Shown: positions 1 through 11,709 of the stretch, piece after piece
Numbering within the stretch: position 1 is the stretch's first letter
How the letters are laid out: every line of letters begins with the position of its first letter
Origin: Mobula hypostoma
Lineage: Eukaryota
Length of the DNA stretch: 64,000 bases
NCBI RefSeq assembly: GCF_963921235.1
Contig: NC_086097.1
Span: 77,626,001-77,690,000, forward strand
Direction: 5' to 3'
The notes under the pieces: model-generated
Told to the model about the DNA's origin: nothing
Database searches by the model: none
What the model saw: only the letters and a program-made list of their open reading frames with translations
Made by a program: the position numbers and the translations under genes

Positions 1-330
1 GTTGATAATTCTCAGCAGTTCAAAAGTTTTCATGTGATAAATTTTGGCCAAACCAATGAGAGGAATCAACTAACCTATTTAGTCTCATGTCTTATTTTAT
101 GAGCTATTTAAAATCAATAATTAATTGTCTACTTGACAGACCTTTACTGTTAACCGTATGCTTTTGAAATTTTTGCTGCATCATTAACTGGACAAATGTG
201 GCTTCAGAAAGCAATGTTTTTATTCATCAGCTGCAGAAAGCAGTCAGACTAGCTTCAACCATATTATTTCCATAACAAGAGAAACAGTTGATTTTATCCA
301 AAGAAGACACAGCCTGTACAGAGTTTATAT

Positions 331-2399
331 CAGTGATTCCCGAAGGGGCGGTCATGTGTCCTAAGTCAGCGTTAGGAGAACTAGAAGTCACTGGGGCGCA
401 TTCAAGATTTCTGGGGGGGGGCATTAAGTGACACCCTAACTTGAGGCACAAAACCTGACCGACCGTGTCATCAACATCTGACAGGCATTCCCAGGTTGTG
501 TTAATTTCTTATTTTAATTTAGTCCCACTAATGATGGATAAATACATATGGCACAATCTCTATGAGCCTGAAGGCAGTAAAGTCTTGAATTTTTAATCTT
601 GCTAAGAAACAGAAACTACAGAAAGTGCGTCAATACAATTGTAATATTGTATTACACACCTGAAGTATGGTTTTACTCTGCTCCTGTCAGATCAACGCCA
701 TCCCATGTGTCTTGTTTGTAATACTGTACTGTCTAATGAAGCCATGAATCCATCAAGATTGCAGAAACGCTTTTATAAAAGACACTCTGAAAAAGCTAAT
801 TATGGTATTACTCAGTTCCAGAAGATGAAAGAACCTTTTGAAAAGAGTTGCACACTCGTCATTTGCCAAGAAAGCTAAAAATGACCTTGATAATGGTCTC
901 ATTGCTTTTATAACATTTCCAAACTGATGGCAAAATGTGGAAAATCTCACAGAAATGGTGAAAGATTAATAATGTTTGCTGTATCAGAAGTACTCACCAC
1001 TCTTCCCAAAATGGATACCAGTATTTTTAAAATAATTTCCTCTGAGTAATAACTCTATGGCTCGTTGTGTTGATGAAATGAGTGAGGGCATTGACTATCA
1101 ACTATGCACAGAGCTACAAAAAACAGAATTTAGGATACAACTTTTTTCAAGCATGACTCTTGTAATATCTGCTATCAACAAAATGAAAGCCCATCCATTA
1201 AATAACAGAATATTTCACCAATTATGCCAAGATAACAATGAAGAATTTGAATACTTGCTGCTTCACACTGAAGTGCGTTCGCTGTCAAAAGGCTGCTGCT
1301 TAAAATGTTTCCTTGATCTTTTTGACGCTGTGGTTGAAGCTTTGCTGAAAGTTGTCAAGAGCTTAGGAAACAAGATTGAGCTTTTACGTGGAGGTGTGGC
1401 ATACCTAGCCAATCTGTATGACAAAATGAATATTCTAAATGTGAAACCGCAGGGCAAGAATTTCAATTAAATCCAGGCAAAAAGTACAGCATCCACGTTT
1501 ATCAGAAGATTGGAAATATATAAGCAAAACATTGGGAGAAGTATGTTCTCACAGTTTCCCTGCATGGAAAGTGTGGCTCCTTTTTAGAGATGGTGATTTG
1601 CAAGAGTACTGCTTACACCTGCAGTCACTGAAAAAGGATTTTCAGAATCGATTCAGGAGTTGAACAATCTCGAAATTCTGAAATGGGAAATAAACCCATT
1701 TCTTTGCAAGGTGGAAGAACAGGAAGAGAGCTTGCATAAAGAAATTATTGAAATTCAGAATGATGATGAAGCAAAAATGCTTCTCAAAATTTTGGCTTTT
1801 GTGATATGTGGCTACACTGTCATATGAAGTTTCCTGGTCTTTAGAGAAGAGTCAAACTGTTGTTCATTGCATTTCCATCCTCCTACCTTGTTGAAAGAGA
1901 TTTCTGAGCAGTGAACCTCATACTCACAAAAAAACAGAAACCACTTGGAATTGTTACATGTGGGAACTTAAGGCTTTTGCTGTCTCAATTTGAACCAGAT
2001 ATTTCAACTCTTACTAAAAACCATCAAGGTTAAGGATCACACTGATATTGAAGCTGCTGCATACTGCACAGTTACTGTGTAAGCTAGGTTTAAAGACAAA
2101 CAAAAATTTAAAGCAGAATGATTTTTCTCATGCTAGCATATGGTAGACATGTTTTTAAACTTTGGGGGTGTTGGAAAGTACCTTGTGCGTAAGAGGGGCA
2201 TTGGTGAATATGAAGGTGCTTTAGCGGGGTGTTGGGCTAAAAATGGTTGGAACACACTGCTTTACACTATCAGGGCACCAGGAAGTATATTGTCCCTCAG
2301 AGGGGCGTTGGCAACTATGAGGATACTTTAGGGTGGTGTTGGCAAATATGAAAATGCTTTGGGGGGGGTGCATTGGGCTAAAAAGATTCGTAAGCACTG
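331..2399 (+). mobile_element. hAT DNA transposon (Buster/Charlie type), internally deleted
   Basis: Imperfect TIRs: CAGTGATTCCCGAA at 331 and TTCGTAAGCACTG ending 2399. 8-bp TSD GTTTATAT (323-330) / GTTTACAT (2400-2407) with central TA. Transposase remnant inside. Confidence 0.85.
531..2045 (+). pseudogene. Degraded Buster/ZBED5-like hAT transposase
   Basis: BED-finger-like CLVCNTVLSNEAMNPSRL, LLLHTEVRSLSKG, VAYLANLY, and C-terminal GSH*. Many frameshifts and stops. Apparent deletion near 1143 removes the DES, TDGA and CxxH segments. Confidence 0.85.
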
Positions 2400-2519
2400 G
2401 TTTACATCTTTTTTCATTTCTGGAGATGCTCCTATGCTATCTTGTCCACTATTTCCAGCTGCAAATGTAATATCTGGTTCAACAATGAGTTGATCATTGG
2501 ATGTCAAAGCATTGTTCCT

Positions 2520-2912
2520 TTGTTATGTGCCATGTCATATGACATGGGTGATCATGGTCTTTTCATGACCATGATTGTTCTTGGCAATTTTTTTTTACGC
2601 AAGTGGTTTACCATTGCCTTTTTCTTGGCAGTGTTTTTACAAGACCAGTGAATGACCCCACCCATTATCAATGTTCCTTAGAGATTGCCCACCTGGCGTC
2701 AGTGGTCGCATAACCAGGACTTGAGATATGCTTCAGCTGCACATATGACCATCCACCATCTTTTCCCATGGCTCCATGTGACCCTGATCAATGGGCTAAG
2801 CATGTGTTCCACTCTGCCCTGGTGTGATTTGCAAGCCAGCAGAGTGAAGGAGCACCTTACACCTCCTTTGGTACAGACATAACTCCACCCCACTAGCCAT
2901 ATCTCCACCCTG
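2520..2912 (-). mobile_element. SINE-like element with RTE-type 3' tail
   Basis: Reverse-complement homologue of 26730-27097. Contains an AAGGCAATGGTAAACCACTT motif on the minus strand (about 2601-2620). Confidence 0.65.
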
Positions 2913-4544
2913 CTATCCTATCAAAGCATACCCCACCTCTGCAAAGATCATATGATTTTTCTTTACCTCCTTACCCCAACTACTCGATGATGAAATTCTC
3001 ATTGTGCTTTTGACCAAATTGTTGGCTGTCTCACTTAATAGTTCCTACGTGGCTTTTTATGTCAGGTTCTGTATGACGAAGCTTCAGTAAAGAGCTTCAG
3101 GCAGTTTTACCATATTTCAAGATCTTTGGAAGCTCACTATTCTTGCTGTAAATAATCTTTTCAAAGCAATCAAAATTAGGTTATGTTACTCTGTATAAAA
3201 TGTACTTTTTCATATTCATGTCATCTGAAGTAAATTCTAGTTGGAACATACACACCGATAATAATTTATTCTTTTCAGAGCTCAACATGTGCGGCACAGA
3301 ACATGTAATCCACATTCTCAAAAATAAAACAAACTTTTGGTTCCTTGCTTGAAATTAAATTATGTCCTATTTCTGAAAAAAAGAGGAGTCTCCATCCAAA
3401 AGATTAATGGATGAATGCCAAATTTAACATGTTTCTACAATCAATAAAAAGCTGATTTGAGTGGAAAATAAATCAGAAATTGAAGGAAAAATATGTCCAT
3501 AAGCCCACCTTGGGAATTCTGCGACTGTACATCTGGCCAGACTGGATCCGGGAAGTGTGGGACTAAATAAATCAGGTCACATCCCTTGTCCTGTGATCAT
3601 ACACCCTTCCTTTGGGCGAGAAACAGTGGGAGAAGGACGTCTGACTTGCAGCAATTCTATGCATAATGGGTAACTCAACACGGCGGTGTGGTTCCACAGA
3701 CTCATTCTGCAAGGCAGATGTTACTAAGTATTTGGTCTTGTGCATCTGGGCTTCTCACTTCAGTGAATAAGCAGCCTCCAGAATGCAAGGCAAAATTTCA
3801 CAAAACTTCATGTTGAAGACAGTGTTTTTAGCATTGCATTTAGAAGTAATTTGAACTTGCTTGCAATTACAGCTGATTTTCATAATTGTCAATATCGGGC
3901 TATTGCTTGCAAAAGGGTGCGACGAGAAAGGAAAAGTCTTCAAAGGTACTGATTTGAATTAAGTTGGTTATTAACCTTGAGTGGGGGCTCACCATTTAAT
4001 AAAGAAAGGGGAAGGATTGACCTTTTTCTGAATAATTTGAGACTTTGCAACCAAAAACTTCAGGCACTGGAGATCATGCATTTCACAGCCACGCGATACC
4101 ATTTACGTGTCATTAAAATGCTGATACAACTGAGCAGCTTTTCTATCTCCAGGTGGTTTCGCCTCTCCATTCTCCTAGGAGATTAGTAAATCAGTGAGGC
4201 TTGTGAATGCTGAGACCTCAGTGGCAGCTGCTGCCTGATAAACATGGCTCAAGAATTTTCCTGCAGTTTATCTCTGTATGGAATGCAGGCCTGAATAGTT
4301 CAATTATCATTTACCTACTGTTATTCAAAACACCTCTTAGAATGAAGGCTTGAACTCGAGACAGAGGCTGGAAACATTTGACTCTACTTAAGGATGTAGT
4401 TATGACCTCAGCTATAGACCTGAGTGGTCTGCAGATTTGCAAATTTATACATGATCTTTTTGCTCTGGATCAGATTGTGCAGCTGTAAAAAGAATGACTT
4501 ACCATTTGGTGTCAGTTTGTTTCACTCAGAGAACTTGGGCCTCT

Positions 4545-4990
4545 TATCCGATTCCTGGGATGGCAGGACTGATGTATGAGGAGAGACTGGATATGAGAGT
4601 TAAGCTTATTATTACCAGATTACAGAAGGAAGGGATCTGACTTAAGCCTGTAACATTTTAACAGGAAAGGGCAGAGCAGATACAGGCAGGATGCTGCCAA
4701 TAGCTGGAGAATCCAATACCAGGACACAGCCTCGAGAAATGGGTATTCATTTAGAAGTGAGATCAGAACATCCTTAAATCAGAGAATAGAGAACTTGAAG
4801 AATCTTCTACTACAGAAAGCAGAATAAAACAAATTGTAAATATTTTACATCCAAAATATAGACTATATATTTTCTTTGATGCCAAAGGGATGAAGGGACA
4901 TGGAAAGAAGAAAGGAATGGGGTACTGAAGAGGAATTGAATTGAATGGTGGAGCAGCCCCAAAGGATCAAATGTCCTACTTACGCTCCAA
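4545..4990 (+). mobile_element. Old CR1 LINE 3' fragment
   Basis: GATTCCTGGGATGGCAGGACT...TATGAGGAGAGACTGG matches the ORF2 3' end of the full-length CR1 (about 53720 onward). Confidence 0.7.
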
Positions 4991-5489
4991 CCTTTCTCAG
5001 TGTCCAAATGCTATGTCCTGCAATTTAGCCTAATCTAGGGTAATAAACTTCCAGCAGCATTCCAGTTGTTGAAAATTGATCTTCACAGCCTTTGAGAAAA
5101 TGTTAAGCACAATAAAGAGTTTGAATTTTCACCAAATTTCTTTGAACACACCCATTTATAAGTTCTAAAGTTTTATGTATACAGCTACTCTGTATACAGT
5201 GACATCAGGGACGTGCAGTGCATGTTACAAGACCATCCCGCATGTCAGTGACGGTGATGCCTCATGATTCCTAAATGCTGGATTCTTTCTAAGCTCAATT
5301 TGATGCAATGAATGATGTGACATTGAGGAAAACCTCTTCTCCCCCTGGGAAACAGACACCTTGTTGTGGCCACAGTCAAGGTGAGGTGGATCCTAGCTGT
5401 GGGGCCAGATGATATACTTGGTCAGGTGCTGAAGGATTGTGCAGCCCAGCCATGAGGGGTCTTAACGGACATCTTGTAGGCTTTCTATA

Positions 5490-6760
5490 CCATAATGATT
5501 TTCCTAATCTACCTACTTATTGAAATCCCCTACGACTGTTGTAACGTTGCTGTTTTGACATGCATTTCTATCTCTCATTGTAATTTGTAGCCCACATCTT
5601 TGCTATTATTCGAGCCCTCTATATAACTCCCACAAGAGTCTTTTTACCCTAGCTCTACCCACAATGATTCTGCATCTTCCGATCCTATGTCACACCCTTC
5701 CAAGGATTTGATTTCATTTTTTACCAACAGAGCCAACCCATGCCCTTTGCCTACCCACGTCTCCTTGCAATACAATGTGTTTCCTTGAATGTTAAGCTCC
5801 CGACTATAAACTTTTAGTTACAATCCAGTGATGCCCACAATGTCATACCCGCCAATCTGTAATTGTGCTACAAGCTCATCTACGTTATTCCGTATACTGC
5901 ATGCGTTCTAATTCAACACGCCCAGTCATGTATTCATCCTCCTTTTCGAATTTGTCCCCCTTTTAAATTGCAACTCATCCTCTTGATGGCAATTTTGCCC
6001 TAACATCAGCCTGTGCTTGCCAGCATTCTTACAACACATTCCCTCAATTTGTAAAGGAACCTCAGCCTATCTGATTCCCATCCTCCTGCCAAAAAAGAAG
6101 CTGGAGAAGATCGCAGCACATCACACAAACCAATCTTCCGTCCTTGCACTCACTTTACACCGCACGCTGTCGGAGCAGTGCTGCCAGGATAATCAAGGAC
6201 ACGACCCACCCAGCTAACACACTTTTCGTCCCTCTTCCCTCCGGGAGAAGGCTCAGGAGCTTGAAGACTCGTACGGCCAGATTTGGGAACAGCTTCTTTT
6301 CAACTGTGATAAGACTGCTGAACGGATCCTGACCTGGATCTGGGTCGTACCCTCCAAATATCCGGACCTGTCTCTTGGTTTTTTTGCACTTCCTTACTTT
6401 CCATTTTTCTCTTTTCTATTTATGATTTATAATTTCAATTTTTAATATTTACTATCGACTTGTAATCCAGGGAGCGGGAAGCACAGAATCAAATATCGCT
6501 GTGATGATTGTACGTTTTAGTATCAATTGTTTGGCGACAATAAAGTATAAAGTATAAGGTATAAATTAGTTTAAACCCTCCCGAACAGCTCAAGCAAAGC
6601 TGCCATCAAGGATATTGGTCCCTCTCAGGTTCAGGTGTAACCTGTCCCTTTGGTACAGGTTGTACCTTCCCCAGCAGAGATCTCACTGATCCAGAAATCT
6701 GAATCCCTGCCCCTGCACTAGTTCCTCAGCCATGCATTTATCTGCCAAATGCTCCTGCAG
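5490..6760 (-). mobile_element. Degraded CR1 fragment (end of ORF1 esterase plus APE endonuclease), split by a Rex1 insertion
   Basis: Minus strand 6563-6760 encodes QGQGFRFLD and ends GGT TTA AAC TAA. 5490-6093 encodes NACSIRNNVDEL, YDIVGIT, ESLWVEL. Confidence 0.8.
6094..6562 (+). mobile_element. 5'-truncated Rex1/Babar-type LINE 3' end
   Basis: Encodes IIKDTTHPANTLFVPLPSGRRLRSLKTRTARFGNSFF. Ends AATAAAGTATAAAGTATAAGGTAT tandem tail. Confidence 0.8.
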
Positions 6761-6835
6761 GACAGACTGCATCCAACAGGACAGACAAACAGCCAACGTA
6801 CAAAAGACAGCAAACCGCAAATACAAAAGAAGAAA

Positions 6836-6866
6836 AAATAAATAATAATAATAATAATAATAATAA
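6836..6866. repeat. (AAT)n microsatellite
   Basis: Direct read. It produces the poly-Y/I/L runs in the spurious ORFs 6683-6999. Confidence 0.9.
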
Positions 6867-6927
6867 ATATATATATTGAGAACATGAGATGAAGAGTAGT
6901 TGAAAATGAGTCCATAGGTTGTAGGAA

Positions 6928-7178
6928 CCATGGCTCACAAAAGAAGTCAAAGCCAACACAAAAGCCAAAGAGAGGCCATATAAAAGAACAAAGATTCATG
7001 CGAAGTTAGAAGATTAGGAAGCTTTTAAAAACCAATAGAAGACAACTAGTCATTAAGAAGGTAAAAATGGAATATGAAAGTAAGCTAGCCAATAATATTA
7101 AAGGTAAACCAAAAGTTTCTTCAGATACATAAAGTGTAAAAGAGAGAAGAGAGTGGATATTGCACTGCAAGAAAATGG
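6928..7178 (+). mobile_element. CR1 ORF2 internal fragment
   Basis: PWLTKEVKAN...EYESKLANNIK resembles PWLTREIRDS...YERKLAENIK of the full-length CR1. Confidence 0.65.
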
Positions 7179-8147
7179 TGATGGGGTGAGTGAAGTTGAA
7201 GGAAGTTGTTCCCACTGGTTCAAGGGCTTTATGGTTGAGGGGTAATAAGAGCTCCTGAACCTTGTGTTACGTGTCCTGATGCCCCTATACCTTCTTCCTG
7301 ATGGCAACAGCAGGAAGAGACCATGGTTCATGTGGTTGGGGTTCTTTATGATGGATGTTGCTTTTCTCCAATAACCCTCCATGTAGATATACTCAATTAG
7401 GGAGAGGACTTTACCCATAATGGACTGGAACATATCCACTCAGCCTTGTAGTGCACCTGTGCTAATGGAGATTGTAGAAGAGATGTTGTGCCAATCCAAA
7501 CTGACTGTAGTCTGAAAGTGAGAAAATCAAGGATCCAATTGCACAAGGAACTATTGAAGCCAAGGTCTTGAAGCTTATTGATTAGTTTTGAGGGGATGAT
7601 AGTATTTAATGACAGGCAGTAGCAGTAGGAAGATATCCTGATGTATGTGTCTTTGCTGTCCAGATGTTCCACGGCTGAGTGAAGAACGATTGAGATGGCC
7701 TCTGTTGTGGACCTGTTGTGCCAGAAGGCCAGATGGAGCAGATCCAAGTCGCTTCTCAGGCAGGAGTCGATACACTTTATCACCAAGCTCTCAAAGCACT
7801 TCATCACAGTCGATGTAGGTGCTACTGAGTGATAGTCATTGAGGCAGGCCACCATGTTCTTCTGAGGTACTGATATAATTGAAGCCTGTTTGAAGTGGAT
7901 GGGTACCTCAGACTGCCAAAGTGAGAGAATAAAGTTTTCAGCACAAGTCTTTAACGATTGATCAGGTACCTCATCTGGGTCCAATGCTCCCATGGCTTCA
8001 TCCTCCAAAAAGATGCTCTTGCATCAGCCTCAGAGACCAAAATCACAGAGTGGGAGTTTGTGAAGCTCCTTCTGTATTTTAATGATCAAAGTGACCATAG
8101 AAGGCATTGAGCCAATCTGGAAGCAAAGACTTGTTGTCACTATATCA

Positions 8148-9049
8148 AACAAGAGGAATTCTGCAGATGCTGGAAATTCAAGCAACACACTTTATCAAAG
8201 TTGCTGGTGAATGCAGCAGGCCAGGCAGCATCTCTAGGAAAAGGTACAGTCGACGTTTCAGGCCGAGACCCTTCGTCAGCCCTTACACTTCCTCCCTTAC
8301 CACCATTCAGGGCCCCAGACAGTCCTCCCAGGTGAGGCGACACTTCACCTGTGAGTCGGCTGGGGTGATGTACTGCGTCCGGTGCTCCCGATGTGGCCTT
8401 CTATATATTGGTGAGACCCGATGCAGACTGGGAGAGCATTTTGCTGAACACCTACACTCTGTCCACCAGAGAAAGCAGGATCTCCCAGTGGCCACACATT
8501 TTAATTCCACATCCCATTCCCATTCTGACATGTCTATCTACGGCCTCCTCTACTGTAAAGATGAAGCCACACTCAGGTTGGAGGAACAACACCTTATATT
8601 CTGTCTGGGTAGCCTCCAACCTGATGGCATGAACATTGACTTCTCTAACTTCTGCTAATGCCCCACCTCCCCCTCATACCCCATCCATTATTTATATGCA
8701 CACATTCTTTCTCTCACGGTCCTTTTTCTCCCTCTGTCCCTCTGACTATACCCCTTGCTCATCCTCTGGGTTCCTCCCCCCTTTTCCTTCTCCCTGGGCC
8801 TCCTGTCCCATGATCCTCTCATATCCCTTTTGCCTATCACCTGTCCAGCTCTTGGCTCCATCCCTCCCCCTCCTGTCTTCTCCTATCATTTCGGATCTCC
8901 CCCTCCCCCTCCCACTTTCAAATCTCTTGCTAACTCTTCCTTCAGTTAGTCCTGACGAAGGGTCTCGGCCTGAAATGTCGACTGTACCTCTTCCTAGAGA
9001 TGCTGCCTGGCCTGCTGCGTTCACCAGCAACTTTGATAAAGTGCGTTGC
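8148..9049 (+). mobile_element. Penelope-like element: inverted pseudo-LTR end, GIY-YIG C-terminus, pseudo-LTR
   Basis: GIY-YIG motif VMYCVRCSRCGLLYIGET...RL.EH. 8148-8279 is an inverted copy of the 3' end. TSD TTGTCACTATATCA (8134-8147) / TTGTCACTATGTCA (9050-9063). Confidence 0.9.
8948..8983 (+). ncRNA. Minimal type I hammerhead ribozyme motif (helix III variant)
   Basis: AGTC-CTGACGA-AGGGTCTCGGCCT-GAAA-TGTC-GACT. Stem I is AGTC/GACT; the core fits CUGANGA/GAAA. Confidence 0.7.
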
Positions 9050-9329
9050 TTGTCACTATGTCACTGGGTTTCACTTTGTAAGAGGTAATAGCATTCAAGC
9101 CCTGCCACAGCTGTCAAGCATCCTTCAGTGAATCAAATTTAGTCTGGAATTGCCACTTCACCCGTGAGATAGTTTTCTGGAGATTGTACCTAAATCTTTT
9201 GTATCTTACCTGGTCACTGCCACTGATCTAACCCTCAGCAGATTGTGAATCTCATTGTCCATCCAGGCTTTCTGGTTGGGGAATATTCTGAATGATTTTA
9301 TAGGGACACTCTCATCTGTGAAGCCCATG

Positions 9330-9875
9330 ACAACAGCTTCAGAATAGAGCGACGTCCATTTAGAACAGAAATGTGGAGGAATTTCTTTAGCCGGAATGGC
9401 CTACATTGCCACAGATGGTGTTTAATTATTGATATATTTAAGGTGGAGGCTGCTAGCTTTTTGACTATTCAGAGCATCAGTGGTTTCAAGAAGACGTTAG
9501 GAGAATGGAGTTGAGTGGCAGGGTTAAGCACAGTAGATATTGTTGGAGTGGGCTAGTGTTAGAGTGGAAATGTGGGAATTTTGGCAGACCTCCAGCTTCC
9601 CAGGTTAACCACATCTGCACCAAACGCACTGAGCTGTGGCTCCTCAGAGACCATGTTAAGTCATGGTCAATGACCTTCAGCTCATACAGGAGACCGAGTA
9701 AGTGATAGATAGGAGCTACAGGGAGGTAGTCACCCCTAAGTTACAGGAGACAGGTAATTGAACGACTGTCAGGAGAAGAAAGGGAAATTGGCAGCCAGTA
9801 CAGAGTACTCCGTGGCCATTCACCTCAATAATAAGTATACTACTTTGGATACTGTTAAGGAGGACAGCCTACCAA
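9330..9875 (+). mobile_element. CR1 fragments (3' end 9330-9550; ORF1 N-terminal part 9565-9875)
   Basis: CCATTTAGAACAGAAATG...AATTTCTTTAGCC 3' motif. HICTKRTELWLLRDHV and PVAI.LNNKY resemble ORF1 of the full CR1. Confidence 0.65.
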
Positions 9876-10394
9876 GAAGGAGGTTGTATAAGGTAAATTG
9901 ATAATAAATTTACTCTGTATTTTGAGTTAAAGTACATGGTGAGTTTGAACACCTGAAAATATTTGCTGATCAATTGGGAAAGGGAAGGGAAATGTGATCA
10001 TCTACAAAAACAGTATGATACAGACAGTGAAAAGGCTAAAGAGCAAATTTTTGTTTGACTGAATGAATGAGTGAATAAGTAATGTGATAAATGTAATCGA
10101 ATCAAAACACATTGTATGCTGCTTCATAGTAAACTGAAGCAGTATCAGAAAACCTCAAGCAGGCAATCTTGCCAGTGCGGCTTCTCCTTGGGAAACACCC
10201 CCGACACTGGAGAGGCATCAGAGACAGTGCCACCGTCTGAACTCCTGGGAATTACAGGATGGACATGACATGCACTCTACAGTGCCCTCTAGTGACTCCA
10301 GTGAGGATGACAATAGAATTGGCAGCTATGTCACGGTTTGCTCCAATGAAGACCAAGTAAGTGAAGACATGCATACAAAGTGGCTGGAATGCTA

Positions 10395-10660
10395 TTATTT
10401 TATTTTATTATTATTGAAATACAGCGCAGAGTAGGTCCTTCTGACTCTAGGAACCACGTCGCTCAGAAACCCCCGATTTATCCCTGGCCTATCATGGGCC
10501 AATTTATAATGACCAATTAACATGCCAACCGGTGTATCTTTGGACTGTGGAAAGAATCTGGAGCAACCAAAGGAACCCCACACAGTCACAGGGAGAATGG
10601 GTAAACTCCTTACAGACAGTGGCGGGAATTGAACACGGGTCACTGGTACTATAAAGTGCT
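10395..10660 (-). mobile_element. V-SINE/HE1-type tRNA-derived SINE
   Basis: Minus strand GTTCAATTCCC B-box, then CTGTCTGTAAGGAGTTT...GTGTGGGGTTCC V-domain-like core. Homologous to copies at 11710, 30040, 31525 and 43150. Confidence 0.75.
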
Positions 10661-10662
10661 AT

Positions 10663-11245
10663 CAGAATCAGGTTTAATACCACTGGCATATGTCATGAAA
10701 TTTGTTATCTTAGCAGCAGCAGTACAATGCAATACATGATAATGTAGCAGTAAATCAATTGCTGTAAGTATATGTGTATATTAAATAGTTAAATTAAAAT
10801 ATAGTGCAGAAACAGAAATAATATAAGAAAAAAAAGTGAGGGAGTGTTTGTGGGTTCAGTGTCCATTTAGGAATCGGTTGACAGGGAAAGAAACTGTTCC
10901 TGAATCACTAAATGTGTGTCTTTAGGCTTCTGTACCTCCTTCCTGATGGTAACAATGAGAAGTGGGCATGTCCTGGGTGGTGAGGCTCCTTAATGATGGA
11001 TACCGACTTTTTGAAGCACCACTACTTGAAGATGTCATGGATACTACAGAGGCTAATACCCAAGATGGAGCTGACTAATGTTACAACTTGCTGTAGCTTT
11101 TTTCAATCCTGTGCAATAGCACCACCACCCCCACACCCCCCCATACCAGACAGTGATACAGCCAGTCAGAATGCTCTCCATTGATACATCTATAGAAGTT
11201 TCGATGACAAATCAAATCTCCTCAATCTCCTAATGAAATATATCC
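10663..11245 (-). mobile_element. Rex1/Babar LINE 3' fragment
   Basis: Antisense of the IIK..HHPGHA..SLLPSGRRYRSL segment plus 3' UTR. Confidence 0.7.
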
Positions 11246-11709
11246 ATAAGGGGTGATTGAACGAACAGGCTCCAATACAGATTGATCGGAGGAAGGTGGC
11301 TGATTGCAAGCAAAAGATTTCTGAGGATGCTTCTGATTATGAGGACCACTAGAGGACAAAATAATTAAATTATTCAGGAATTCCAGGAAGAAATAAAGAT
11401 AACATAGAGGGCTCTATATATGATCCCTTCAAGCCAACTTTTATGGACGGCTTAAAACTAGCTATTACCAAAATGGTGAAGCTGTGTGTGATATGTACTG
11501 TATTGTTAATGCACTCTGGTTCCTGTTTTGATTGGTTGTATATATGAACATCAGATGGCTAAAATCTGGAACTTGAACTTGTACTCTTCGATTGATGCTC
11601 TATCACCATCCACTGAATGGAAAACCTTTATACTATCCAATTGAAATGTAACATCTCAGAAATCTGGTCTATTGGTAAAAATTCTATCACCATCTTTCAT
11701 GCTGTACTT

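Larger units (their letters stand above)
7178..9320 (-). mobile_element. Rex1/Babar LINE RT remnant, interrupted by a Penelope-like element
   Basis: ORF 7397-8008 has [47 protein letters not shown] 7098-7439 has LLPSGRRYR. Continuation beyond 9064 is less certain. Confidence 0.75.

Noticed and set aside
8107..8658. GIY-YIG ORF as a stand-alone nuclease gene
   Set aside because: It is a chimera of flank, inverted pseudo-LTR and a truncated element ORF, and it recurs as a dispersed repeat.
8636..9088. Pro/Ser/Leu-rich ORFs (also 12880-13377, 29236-29724, 54246-54626, 56124-56420)
   Set aside because: They are translations of the low-complexity, pyrimidine-rich Penelope-like pseudo-LTR.
10130..10356. 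Possible plus-strand exon ending at GTAAGT
   Set aside because: Weak acceptor, unrecognisable peptide and no partner exons.
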